This document shows positions 46,247-55,421 of a DNA stretch of 64,000 nt, in pieces. Below the pieces are notes generated by a model that saw only the letters and a program-made list of their open reading frames with translations, had not been told where the DNA came from and did no database searches. A program made the position numbers and the translations under genes. Numbering within the stretch: position 1 is the first letter of the stretch; each line of letters starts with the position of its first letter. The DNA is from an uncultured Mageeibacillus sp. (GTDB taxonomy: Bacteria > Bacillota > Clostridia > Saccharofermentanales > DTU023). Location: NCBI GenBank assembly GCA_964606165.1, contig CAZSFQ010000008.1, positions 719-64,718 on the forward strand. Direction: 5' to 3'.

Positions 46247-49096
46247 TCAATTCATTTCTGCCTCATCCTGGGCCAGATGGCAGTTTTTATACTTTTTCCC
46301 GCTTCCGCACCAGCAGGGATCATTGCGCCCCGGACGCTGCCTGACACGCACGGGATCCGGTCTTTCTGCCGTGTGATCCCCGGCTTGCATGGCCTGGCTC
46401 TCTCCGGTGAGCTGCCGGGCAGCGCTCATGGCAGCTTCCCGTGACCAGCCGCTGGATCCGCGACCCTCCTGCAAGCGTTTGGGCACACGCCGTTTTGCCG
46501 GTCTTTCTTCACGGGTCAGCCGGGCACGCATGATCATCCGGACCGCGTCGGCCTGGATGGCGTCATTCATGGCCTCGAACATCTCAAAACCTTCGCGTTT
46601 ATACTCAACGACCGGGTCATGCTGGGCATAGCCCCGCATCCCGATGCTGTCGCGCAGGTCATCCATGAGATCAATATGGTCCATCCAGTGACTGTCGACG
46701 GCCTGGAGCAGGATGACGCGTTCCGCAACCTCCAGCAGTTCCTGGGACCCGAGTTCCCCGGCGCGGGCATCCAGCCGGGTGAGCGCGTCCCCCTCAAGCT
46801 GCTGCATGAGTTCGTGGCCGTTAACCGGTTCCTTTGTCCGAAGGAAGCGCTCAAGTGAAGGAAGCGGTCCGAACAGATCAAGCACCCGGGTTGAAAGCGC
46901 TTCCAAATCCCAAAGACTTGTATCCTCAGAATCCGCGATAAAGTCCACCAGTGTTTTTTCCATAATGGCCGGGATGATCCGCTGGTAGTAAGGGTGCAGA
47001 TTCTGGCCTTCCAAAACTTCACGGCGCTGGCGGTAGATCAGATTGCGCTGGATGTTCATGACATCATCGTATTCAAGAACATTTTTGCGAATGGCGAAGT
47101 TCATCCCTTCCACCCGCTTCTGGGCAGCCTCAATACTCCGTGACAGCAGGGGGTGGGCGATCTCCATCTCGTCATCGACGCCGAGTGTGGAAAATATCCG
47201 GTCCATCCGCTCGCCCCCGAACAGTCTCATCAGGTCGTCCTCAAGCGAAAGAAAGAACTTCGAAAATCCCGGGTCTCCCTGGCGGCCGGCCCGGCCCCGC
47301 AGCTGGTTGTCGATCCGGCGGGATTCATGGCGCTCCGTTCCGACAATACACAGGCCCCCCGCCTCAATCACCCGCTTTTTCTCCGCCGCGATCTCCCCGG
47401 CATACTTGCCTTGCAGGGAAGCAAAGAGCTGCCGCCCCTTGATGATTTCATCATCATCCGTGGCATTGTGAGCTGTCGACTGTTCAATGAGCTCATCTTC
47501 ATAGCCTTGCCGGCGCATTTCCTGTCTTGCCAGGAATTCAGGATTGCCTCCCAGCAGGATATCCGTACCGCGGCCAGCCATGTTTGTGGCAATGGTCACG
47601 GCCCCGAACCGGCCGGCCTGAGCAACGATTTCAGCTTCGCGCTCATGGTGGCGTGCATTCAAAACATTGTGCCGGATCCCTTCGCGCACGAAGAGGCGTG
47701 ACAGCAATTCAGACTTCTCGACGGAAACAGTGCCGACCAGGATCGGCTGCCCCGTCTGGTGGATTTCCCTTACCTGTTCCAGCAGCGCCTGGTATTTGCC
47801 CTGCTCTGTCCGATAGACAGCGTCGGGGGCGTCAAAGCGGATCATGGGCATATTGGTGGGAATGCAGACTACGTCCAGGTTATAGATCTGGCGGAACTCA
47901 TTTTCTTCCGTCAAGGCTGTCCCCGTCATTCCCGACAACTTTTTATACATGCGAAAGTAATTCTGGAAAGTAATGGTCGCAAGCGTCTTGTTCTCGTCCT
48001 GGATCTCGACGCCTTCTTTCGCCTCGATGGCCTGGTGGAGTCCGTTGCTGTATCGCCTGCCGAACATGAGGCGGCCTGTGAAGTCGTCGACGATGATAAC
48101 CTCGCCGTCCTTGACGACGTAATCCTTGTCGGCATGCATGGTGCCACGCGCTTTCAGGGCGTTTGTGATGTGGTGGTTGATCTCATAGTTTTCCTGGTCG
48201 GACAGGTTCTCAAGTCCGAAATAATCTTCTGCCCTCTTGACGCCCTGTTTGGTCAGAACTGAACTCTTTGCCTTTTCATCGACGATGAAGTCAGCGCCCG
48301 ACTCCACCTCTTCCAGCTCCTCTGCCGTGCGCATGGCCTCTTTTTGGATGACATACTTGGGCTTCAGCTTGCGCACAAACTGTTCGGCGCGAAGGTAGAG
48401 CTCAGATGAATCGGTTCCCGCGCCGGAGATAATCAGGGGCGTGCGCGCCTCATCGACCAGGATGCTGTCAACCTCGTCGACAATGGCGAAGTTCAGGGGA
48501 CGCTGGACACAATCCTCAATGGACATGACCATGTTGTCACGCAAATAGTCGAAACCGAATTCATTGTTGGTTCCGTAGGTCACGTCAGCGGCGTAGGAGC
48601 GCCTGCGCTCTTCCCTGTCCAGACCGTGGACAATCAGGCCGACCTCCAGGCCCAGGTAGCGGTAGATCTTTCCCATCCATTCGCTGTCACGCCTTGCCAG
48701 GTAATCGTTGACCGTTATGATATGTACACCCTGTCCTGTCAGGGCATTGAGATAGGCCGGCAGGGTAGCGACCAGGGTCTTGCCCTCCCCGGTTCTCATC
48801 TCCGCGATACGCCCCTGGTGCAAAACGATACCGCCTTGTATCTGAACTGGGAAGTGTGTCATGCCCAGGACCCGCGTGCTGGCTTCCCGGACGGCCGCAA
48901 ATGCCTCCGGAAGCAAGTCGTCCAGGGTCTCGCCCTGCTTCAGCCGCTGCCTGAACCGATCCGTCGAACCGCGCAGTTCCTCTTCGGCCATCTTGCGGAA
49001 ACGATCTTCCAGCGCAATGACAGCGGCCGTCGGGGGACGGATTTTCTTCAGTTCACGATCTGAATACGTTCCGATAATGCTTTCGATCAAACCCAT
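46247..49096 (-). CDS. secA: preprotein translocase ATPase SecA
   Basis: MRTGEGKTLVATLPAYLNAL, DEVDSILVDEARTPLIISG, and the C-terminal zinc motif CWCGSGKKYKNCH. Confidence 0.97.
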   Translation of the reverse strand: MGLIESIIGTYSDRELKKIRPPTAAVIALEDRFRKMAEEELRGSTDRFRQRLKQGETLDDLLPEAFAAVREASTRVLGMTHFPVQIQGGIVLHQGRIAEMRTGEGKTLVATLPAYLNALTGQGVHIITVNDYLARRDSEWMGKIYRYLGLEVGLIVHGLDREERRRSYAADVTYGTNNEFGFDYLRDNMVMSIEDCVQRPLNFAIVDEVDSILVDEARTPLIISGAGTDSSELYLRAEQFVRKLKPKYVIQKEAMRTAEELEEVESGADFIVDEKAKSSVLTKQGVKRAEDYFGLENLSDQENYEINHHITNALKARGTMHADKDYVVKDGEVIIVDDFTGRLMFGRRYSNGLHQAIEAKEGVEIQDENKTLATITFQNYFRMYKKLSGMTGTALTEENEFRQIYNLDVVCIPTNMPMIRFDAPDAVYRTEQGKYQALLEQVREIHQTGQPILVGTVSVEKSELLSRLFVREGIRHNVLNARHHEREAEIVAQAGRFGAVTIATNMAGRGTDILLGGNPEFLARQEMRRQGYEDELIEQSTAHNATDDDEIIKGRQLFASLQGKYAGEIAAEKKRVIEAGGLCIVGTERHESRRIDNQLRGRAGRQGDPGFSKFFLSLEDDLMRLFGGERMDRIFSTLGVDDEMEIAHPLLSRSIEAAQKRVEGMNFAIRKNVLEYDDVMNIQRNLIYRQRREVLEGQNLHPYYQRIIPAIMEKTLVDFIADSEDTSLWDLEALSTRVLDLFGPLPSLERFLRTKEPVNGHELMQQLEGDALTRLDARAGELGSQELLEVAERVILLQAVDSHWMDHIDLMDDLRDSIGMRGYAQHDPVVEYKREGFEMFEAMNDAIQADAVRMIMRARLTREERPAKRRVPKRLQEGRGSSGWSREAAMSAARQLTGESQAMQAGDHTAERPDPVRVRQRPGRNDPCWCGSGKKYKNCHLAQDEAEMN

Positions 49097-49148
49097 ATCA
49101 ATTCATCCTGAGCAACTTCATACATAGCTTATCTTACTCTATTTTGGG

Positions 49149-50138
49149 TCAGGGTGCGTCCGCTGGCCAGTCAGGCGGCAGATGGGCATGGCTGGTACCA
49201 TATTCCCTGATATCGAGCCTAATGCCCGCCATTTCTGCCTGCTTGGTCCATTGACGCAGAAGCTGAGGAGTCTTCCAGGCGATTTGATTGACCGGAATGA
49301 CCAGGATCAATCTTCTTGATATGATCTGCCCGGGTGCGGGACCCTCCCCGCCGATACCTTCGAAAGCGGCCAGACTGTTGACAAGCTGGTTGACGCGGCT
49401 CTCCGCCGCGGCAGCTGACGACCAGCTGGGCGCTGTAAGATCCATGCTTTTGATCGAGACCGCCTCAATCCCGTTCCAGCAGGCGATGACCGGATAGAAG
49501 AGCGGCAGATGGCCGCCAAAGATCTTTCTGAAGGCCTGTCCCCGTTCGAAATTGCTAAGCTCCCAGATCCCGTCCCTTTCACTGTCGTCCCTTCCCCCTT
49601 CCCGCCGGGACTGAAAAGCATTCCATACAGGAACCCGCGACTTGATCTCAGTCCATTCCCTGCTTAGAAGTGTCGTCTGTTCAAAGGAAAGGCAAAGCCA
49701 GATGGTTTTACGGTCATTGTCGAAATCGACGGCCAGCCGCCTGGCACCTCCCGGCGGCTTTCTTCCCTGGCTGCGGGCTGTCGCCTGTGCCCACCGGTCC
49801 AATCGCTGGAGAATAAAAGGTGAAGCCAGTGCGGTCGCGGCGACATCGGACAAGCCGTCCAGCGCCAGTCCGGCCAGGTTCTCATCCGGGATAATCTCCC
49901 TGATCCGGGAGGCAGGATCGGCATGGCTTTCAAGCAGATCCGCCAGAGGCAACAAAAGAGCGATTTCGCGGGATGTCTGATCGAGGGCATGCGAAAGAAT
50001 CATGGCATCCTGCACGCCGTGGACAGCCCCTAAAAAAACCATTACCAGTATGAGAAGAAAAGGAAAGACAAGGGCGGCCTCCAGCGACAGCATGCCGCGC
50101 AGGCCTATATCCCCGTTCCTCCCAACCCCTGACTTCAT
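49149..50138 (-). CDS. hypothetical membrane-anchored protein with a TadE-like (pseudopilin-type) N-terminus and an unknown C-terminal domain
   Basis: The N-terminus is MKSGVGRNGDIGLRG/MLSLEAALVFPFLLILVMVF, with Gly then Glu at +5 and a hydrophobic helix. The C-terminal roughly 150 aa (FERGQAFRKIFGGHLPLFYPVIACWNGIEAVSIKSMDL...) is unrecognised. ATGA-coupled to the upstream gene. Confidence 0.5.
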   Translation of the reverse strand: MKSGVGRNGDIGLRGMLSLEAALVFPFLLILVMVFLGAVHGVQDAMILSHALDQTSREIALLLPLADLLESHADPASRIREIIPDENLAGLALDGLSDVAATALASPFILQRLDRWAQATARSQGRKPPGGARRLAVDFDNDRKTIWLCLSFEQTTLLSREWTEIKSRVPVWNAFQSRREGGRDDSERDGIWELSNFERGQAFRKIFGGHLPLFYPVIACWNGIEAVSIKSMDLTAPSWSSAAAAESRVNQLVNSLAAFEGIGGEGPAPGQIISRRLILVIPVNQIAWKTPQLLRQWTKQAEMAGIRLDIREYGTSHAHLPPDWPADAP

Positions 50139-51529
50139 GGCAGCGCCGGCGCGTAGTCACGCCTCAAATAAGAGGCAGTGTGCGTTACACTCACATCCCC
50201 CCAGCTGCCGCGGCATGTAACTTCCGTGTAGTGGGGGCCCGTTACGACACGGCCGATGATTGGGGCAATCCGCTCCGCGATCACTTCAGGTGCTTGCAAA
50301 AAGATGAGAAGCCGCAAATAATCGCGGTAGCGCATGGGAACATTAAGACTGCTTGACCCGGGCCACAGATTGACTTCATAACCGTTTTGCAGCTGCGCGG
50401 TGTCCTTTGCCGCCTGGCCCAGGACGGCTGAGGCGATCAGCACCCACATGATCACTTCAGGGGACAGAACCACCTCTCCCGAAGTGATGGCGGCAACAGC
50501 AGCGGCGACAATCCCGGCGGCAATTTCAAAACCAGCAAGCTGCTTCTCATCGGTCAATACATGAAGAAGCCGCATGACAAAGCGGATCGTCCCGATAAAA
50601 AGGCTCATGGCGTAGGAGCTTCTTGCTCCCTCAAAGCCGGTTGCGATCTCCTCCGCTTCATGATCGCGCAGGGATGAAAATGAGGAAATAACCCTGCCGT
50701 CCGGTGTCCTGTCTTCAGTCCGCACCCCATGGCGCACGACGAAGGGAACGTCATTCTTGAAGTAGGCCATTGTGTATTCGGTCAAAATGATCCGGTCCAA
50801 AAATCCTTCCGGGGCCACCAGGAGGGCATGGTCGACGACGGTCCCAAGCCGGTCGAGCCCGCTGTTGTCGAAAGGATCATAGTTGAAAATTTCCATGCTT
50901 CCGTCCTCCGAGGGAATCAGGGCGGGAGCCAGCTTGGATAGTCCCTGCTGGTAGGCGGCGCGCAGCTCATCGTCCATGTAGGTGTTGTATTCATCGAACC
51001 AATCAGCTTCGGATTGCCGGCTCAGAAACGGGTCGGCTGATTCATAGCCGCTGCTTGCGGCGCCGGGGATCAGCTTATTCAACTCGGAGAGGGGTATCTC
51101 CTGTTTCAGCTTCCCGATCTGTCGGAATTTATCAACCGCGTCCGCGATCAGGGAGGTCGCTGACCGCAATGTCATGTGACGCGCGATTCCATCCCTGGTG
51201 ACGGAAGGATCGCTCAGGGAGCCCTGGGGAGTGAAATGATTGTCCGCGCTGCTGCCGGGTCCGATCAAAGATGAAGATGCGCGCTCTGCCGACAGCAGAT
51301 CGAAGGCAAAGAGTCCGAATTGCCGGTAGAGCTCACGGTCGTAAAGGGAGAGGATCGATTCGGCGGTCAGTGCGGTCCCGCGGACAAGGTCAAGCTCAGC
51401 CCGGGTCCGCCTGCTGTGAACAAGAATACTGTGAAACAAGATCAGGACAACCGGCAGCACCAGGCACAAGGCAAGGCTGATTGACCCGCCGTATTTCAGC
51501 ATAGGGGGCTGTTTGCCATGTATCCGCAT
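50135..51529 (-). CDS. hypothetical large membrane protein, TadG-like / clostridial DUF5702-like by recollection
   Basis: The N-terminus is KYGGSISLALCLVLPVVLILF...ARAELD-type (here RRTRAELDLVRG). It has a C-terminal hydrophobic pair (FEIAAGIVAAAVAAIT / VIMWVLIASAVLG) and ends with MRYRDYLRLLIFLQ. The family name is from memory and was not searched. Confidence 0.45.
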   Translation of the reverse strand: MRIHGKQPPMLKYGGSISLALCLVLPVVLILFHSILVHSRRTRAELDLVRGTALTAESILSLYDRELYRQFGLFAFDLLSAERASSSLIGPGSSADNHFTPQGSLSDPSVTRDGIARHMTLRSATSLIADAVDKFRQIGKLKQEIPLSELNKLIPGAASSGYESADPFLSRQSEADWFDEYNTYMDDELRAAYQQGLSKLAPALIPSEDGSMEIFNYDPFDNSGLDRLGTVVDHALLVAPEGFLDRIILTEYTMAYFKNDVPFVVRHGVRTEDRTPDGRVISSFSSLRDHEAEEIATGFEGARSSYAMSLFIGTIRFVMRLLHVLTDEKQLAGFEIAAGIVAAAVAAITSGEVVLSPEVIMWVLIASAVLGQAAKDTAQLQNGYEVNLWPGSSSLNVPMRYRDYLRLLIFLQAPEVIAERIAPIIGRVVTGPHYTEVTCRGSWGDVSVTHTASYLRRDYAPALP

Positions 51530-51852
51530 CAGGGAGGGTCTTCCTTCTCTCCGCCAGGATTGATAAGTCCGGCCAGGTCTTTTGCAAAAGAAATCATTTC
51601 AACCACCTTCTGAGGACAAGTTTCAACGGCCGGTATCCAGCTTTCTGCTCCTTCAATTTTGTAGTGGCGGCAGGTTGACCCGCAGTCCTTGATCCTCAGG
51701 GCGGCATGGGCTGAAATTACCCCTGTCCTCTTTACTCCTGCCGCGGCAGGTCCTGCCAGGCCAGTCAAATGTGCCAGGATTGAAAGACAGCATGGAATTG
51801 CTACCAGGGCCTCAAGTGAAAATCCCATCTTTTTTCCCCCTTGGGCCATCAT
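51529..51852 (-). CDS. hypothetical small Cys-containing protein with a TadE-like N-terminus
   Basis: MMAQGGKKMG/FSLEALVAIPCCLSILAHL. The alternative start ATG 51828 (MGFSLEA...) has the better RBS (GGGGGA). Its stop overlaps the next start (TGATG). Confidence 0.45.
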   Translation of the reverse strand: MMAQGGKKMGFSLEALVAIPCCLSILAHLTGLAGPAAAGVKRTGVISAHAALRIKDCGSTCRHYKIEGAESWIPAVETCPQKVVEMISFAKDLAGLINPGGEKEDPP

Positions 51853-51865
51853 GGCGCGGCCGGGT

Positions 51866-51900
51866 CAAAAAAAAGCGGCCTGCTTCCGACGAAGGCCGTC
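51866..51900 (-). terminator. strong intrinsic terminator after the MBL-hydrolase gene
   Basis: The minus strand reads CGGCCTTC-GTCG-GAAGcAGGCCG followed by C+TTTTTTTT. It ends only about 14 nt before ATG 51852. Confidence 0.8.
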
Positions 51901-51938
51901 CCACATTGTCTTTTTGTCCCCGTCAGGAGGAGTACGGG

Positions 51939-52610
51939 TCAGCTGGAAAAACCGCTTGCCAGAAGAAAACGGCAAGCCTGGGAAGCAGTAGTGGCGCTGC
52001 CGTGCCCCGGACAGACAGGAAGGCCGGGCGGCATATCCTTCAGCAGGCGGCATAAGCGCTCCAGCGAAAGGCGCATCAGCCGGTCATCACCGGTCACGAA
52101 GTCTGTACGGCCCCAGCCGCAGTCAAACAGGGTATCGCCTGTAATAAGGGCCAGGGGAACCATCCGCTTCCCTTCTTGTTTTTTGATCAAAAAGCAGGAC
52201 GAACCCATGGTATGGCCGGGTGTATGGATGACTTCCATGCCATAATCTTCAGCAAGGGCTAACTCTTCGCCGCCTTCGAGGGCCTGGTCAGGATGGCAAA
52301 AGGCCGCGGGGCGTCCAAAGAAAGCGGACGCGTTTGCCAGGGTATCGTCCAGCATTGGAATATCCCCCCTGTGCATAATGAAGGGCCTGGCAGGCATCTC
52401 TTCCTTCCAGACATTGACGGAGCCGATGTGGTCATAATGCGCGTGTGTCGCGTAGATGGCCTTGACAGCCGCAGCATCCGGGACCAGGTCAGGAGCAAGG
52501 GAGGGATCGAAAAGTATGGACTGATCGGCAAGGGTCAGCAGGTAAGTGTTGCAGCGCCGAAATCTTTCAGGGAAACAGGATAAGTTTTCTGTTATCTTGA
52601 CGCATTTCAT
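51939..52610 (-). CDS. MBL-fold metallo-hydrolase (glyoxalase II-like)
   Basis: ATHAHYDHIG (HxHxDH) and HTPGHTMGS. ATGA-coupled to the upstream MGS-like gene. Confidence 0.85.
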   Translation of the reverse strand: MKCVKITENLSCFPERFRRCNTYLLTLADQSILFDPSLAPDLVPDAAAVKAIYATHAHYDHIGSVNVWKEEMPARPFIMHRGDIPMLDDTLANASAFFGRPAAFCHPDQALEGGEELALAEDYGMEVIHTPGHTMGSSCFLIKKQEGKRMVPLALITGDTLFDCGWGRTDFVTGDDRLMRLSLERLCRLLKDMPPGLPVCPGHGSATTASQACRFLLASGFSS

Positions 52611-53002
52611 GATGAGCGCAATAACTCACGCCAGTCAAGGTCGCCCCGATTGATGGCATGCACGAGAATCTCAGCCGTTGCCGTATTGGTCGCGAAAGGG
52701 ATGCTGTTTACATCACAAGCCTGAAAGAGCCGCAGCTGGGATTCAGAGGGTGTTTGAACGGGATCGCGCAAACAGATCACGGCATCAATTTCATTATAGA
52801 AGGCCAGGGAAGCGAGCTGGCTGTAAATGCTGTCAATATCGGATGAGTATGTTTCCGGCTGGAGCGATGTCGCTTCCTTGATAAGGCGGGCTGTGCTGAG
52901 CGGAGAAATAAGATCATGCCTGCTTAAAATCTGTTTATACGCGATACAAAAATTGACGAGTAGTTCATTTTTGGTCATATCGGATAACAGAACGATTTTC
53001 AT
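52607..53002 (-). CDS. methylglyoxal synthase-like (MGS-fold) protein, catalytic residues apparently not conserved
   Basis: It is colinear by eye with MgsA (IDAVICLRDPV..., NSIPFATNTATAEILV). However, it has SDMTKN for HDHCK, SPLSTA for ATGTTG, and PSESQ for PHDPD. Confidence 0.6.
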   Translation of the reverse strand: MKIVLLSDMTKNELLVNFCIAYKQILSRHDLISPLSTARLIKEATSLQPETYSSDIDSIYSQLASLAFYNEIDAVICLRDPVQTPSESQLRLFQACDVNSIPFATNTATAEILVHAINRGDLDWRELLRSS

Positions 53003-53078
53003 ACCGCGCACCCGGACGCGCTGCTGCAGACGCGTCCCCTCTTCTTCCTATTGCACATTAGCTAAAGCGTTATTGCTT

Positions 53079-53107
53079 ATTCTAAACGATGGGAGGCATG
53101 AGTACAA
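53079..53107 (-). promoter_or_regulatory. putative promoter for the MGS-like / MBL-hydrolase pair
   Basis: The minus strand reads TTGTAC-N17-TAGAAT in an AT-rich gap after pbp2. A perfect 7-bp stem GGACGCG-N10-CGCGTCC follows just before the start codon. Confidence 0.5.
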
Positions 53108-53111
53108 GAGC

Positions 53112-55421
53112 CTAGCGTCCCCTGTACGCATCATAGGAGCCCATCCGCGCGTGGCCGGGCTCAACACCGAAATACTCGCACAGTATCCGGTAGGAGATAT
53201 CAGCTGAATACTCACCATAGGCCCCATCCGAGATGGCGTGCACAATGACAATCTCAGGATCGTCAGCCGGGGCGTAACAGACAAAGACGGAATTGGAGAT
53301 GGGCTCCATTCTTTCATTGTAAGATTCAGCGGTTCCGGTTTTACAGGCAACCCGTACCGGAAAATCGTGGAGGAGGACACCCGTCCGGTTGCTCATTTCT
53401 TTCGAGAGGCCAACCATGCTTTCACGCAAAGCAGCCACATTCAAAGGATCAAATCCAAGTTCGACTGATTCGATTTGTTCGGGGATGATGATCTCCCCTT
53501 CAGGCGAAACTATTTCCTTGATGAAGTGCGGCGTCGTGAGCCGGTTCGTCGCAAGACCGGCAATGGCCCGTGCCATTTGAAGCATGCTGTAGCTGTTATA
53601 GAACTGACCGATTGACGTCTGGCAGGTATCCGCGATGAACCAGGTCTGATCTTCAGCCTGGGTATTGAGCTGCTTTTTAACCTCCCGCGAAGGGCGTACG
53701 CCGGCCGCTTCTCCGGCAATATCAAGGCCTGGCATTTCACCGAGCCCCAGTGACCGGGCAAGTTCACTGATCCGGTCAATCCCCGTTTCAACCCCTATCT
53801 GAAAGAAATAGAGGTTACAGGAGGTTACAACGGCCCGGGTCAGCCCGATGTCACCATGCCAGCCGTAACAGCGCCAGGTAAAGCCGCCGATTTCCTCGAT
53901 CCCCCTGCACCTCAACACATTGCGGTAGGGTGTGATGACTCCGGCTTCCAGCGCAGCCATGGCAGTCACCGGCTTGAAAGTCGACCCGGGCGTATAGACC
54001 TCCGCGATTCCCCTGTTCAGCAAGGGCCGGTAGACGGTATCCGTCAGCAGGCCAGTGACGCGGGCGGCGGCCTCGGGATCCTTGTCCTGAATGAGGAAGT
54101 CGGCGGGATCATAGTCGGGGTAGTTGGCATTGACGAGAATGGCGCCTGTCCTGGCGTCCAGGACGATGACACTGCCGCCGGGGGCTTCCATCTGCCGGTC
54201 CTTGTGGGTGCCCCCCCGAAACTCCATGATCTTGAGCTCCAGCTCCTCCCGGGCCACCTTCTGCAATTTCATATCAAGGGTCAGCTTGACTTCATTGCCT
54301 GCCATGGGCCTTACCGAGGTTTCTCCGGGAAAAGTAACCGGGTTGGCTGAATCCTCACTGTACCAGGAGCTGAGAGTCTCCGTTCCGGATTCGCCGCGAA
54401 GATAGCGCTCAGCTGCCTGTTCAACACCTGTCTTGCCGATCAGGTCATTGATGCCATAGCCTGCTGTTTTCAGACGGCTGTATTCCGTTGATGATATCCG
54501 CCCCAGATATCCGAGCGTATGGCCGGCATAGCGGCTGTCCTCCGTATAGCGCCTCTGGTAATGCTTGGTCACAACGACGCCGGGATACTTATAGTTTTGT
54601 TCAATCAGCCTGGCTGCCAGTCCCTCCGGGACCTGGTCAGCCAGAACAAGAGGCTGGCGGCTCACAAAGAGCCAGTTATTCTCAAGCAGAAGATAGCGCA
54701 GCTGCATGATCAGGAAGGCTTCGCCATCGGTGTAAAGCCTGCTCCCGGAAGCCCGGTCCGGCTCTATCTTAAAGTAGTCATCGAGCAGGAAGTCAAAAAA
54801 CTCATCCGGATCGTCCCGGACCATACGGCGTTTCTGCCTTTCCGTAACCGCCTTGTCCTGTTCGATCAGGTTAAAGAGATCCTTGTCTGTCTGCCAGTAG
54901 GTGATCTCGTCAGGCGGCTGGCGGAAGACAAAGCGGAGGTTTTCTTCCGTTGTGAGAAGGTTTTCTTCCCTGTATTCCTGGGGTAAATCAAACCATTTCA
55001 ATAAGGGGCTGTTGAAGTCACAATGGTACTCATCAAAAAGTATGGCCAGATCAAGCAGGAAACGGTTTAGCTGTTCGTTGGTCATCTGGGTCGAAACCAG
55101 CTCAACCCGGTCAAGGGCATCGGAAACCGCCAGAGGAATCCCGTTCCGGTCCACGATATCGCCGCGCGGTGCCTCCAGCTCGATCTCGCTCATCTTGCCC
55201 GCAGTTTCCGGAACGAAGGCGTCGTGCTTGCCGAAGAGCTGCAGCGAGCCGGTCCGTATCAAAATGAGCAGAAGGACTGCAGCAACCAGGCCGGCCAGAA
55301 GCGCGAACCGCCGTCCCCCGGGGAAGATAGAGGGTGACCGCCCGCTTTCTGACTTCCTGAAAGTCATGGCGGGCAGAAAAGACGATCCGGGCGACCCGGA
55401 CGGACCGGTCCGATCACTCAT
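53112..55421 (-). CDS. mrdA: penicillin-binding protein 2 (class B transpeptidase, elongation-type)
   Basis: N-terminal TM helix, then STFKP (SxxK), TSCN (SxN) and KTGTA (KTG). It follows mreC-mreD. ATG 55421 is preceded by AAAGGAGG. Confidence 0.9.
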   Translation of the reverse strand: MSDRTGPSGSPGSSFLPAMTFRKSESGRSPSIFPGGRRFALLAGLVAAVLLLILIRTGSLQLFGKHDAFVPETAGKMSEIELEAPRGDIVDRNGIPLAVSDALDRVELVSTQMTNEQLNRFLLDLAILFDEYHCDFNSPLLKWFDLPQEYREENLLTTEENLRFVFRQPPDEITYWQTDKDLFNLIEQDKAVTERQKRRMVRDDPDEFFDFLLDDYFKIEPDRASGSRLYTDGEAFLIMQLRYLLLENNWLFVSRQPLVLADQVPEGLAARLIEQNYKYPGVVVTKHYQRRYTEDSRYAGHTLGYLGRISSTEYSRLKTAGYGINDLIGKTGVEQAAERYLRGESGTETLSSWYSEDSANPVTFPGETSVRPMAGNEVKLTLDMKLQKVAREELELKIMEFRGGTHKDRQMEAPGGSVIVLDARTGAILVNANYPDYDPADFLIQDKDPEAAARVTGLLTDTVYRPLLNRGIAEVYTPGSTFKPVTAMAALEAGVITPYRNVLRCRGIEEIGGFTWRCYGWHGDIGLTRAVVTSCNLYFFQIGVETGIDRISELARSLGLGEMPGLDIAGEAAGVRPSREVKKQLNTQAEDQTWFIADTCQTSIGQFYNSYSMLQMARAIAGLATNRLTTPHFIKEIVSPEGEIIIPEQIESVELGFDPLNVAALRESMVGLSKEMSNRTGVLLHDFPVRVACKTGTAESYNERMEPISNSVFVCYAPADDPEIVIVHAISDGAYGEYSADISYRILCEYFGVEPGHARMGSYDAYRGR

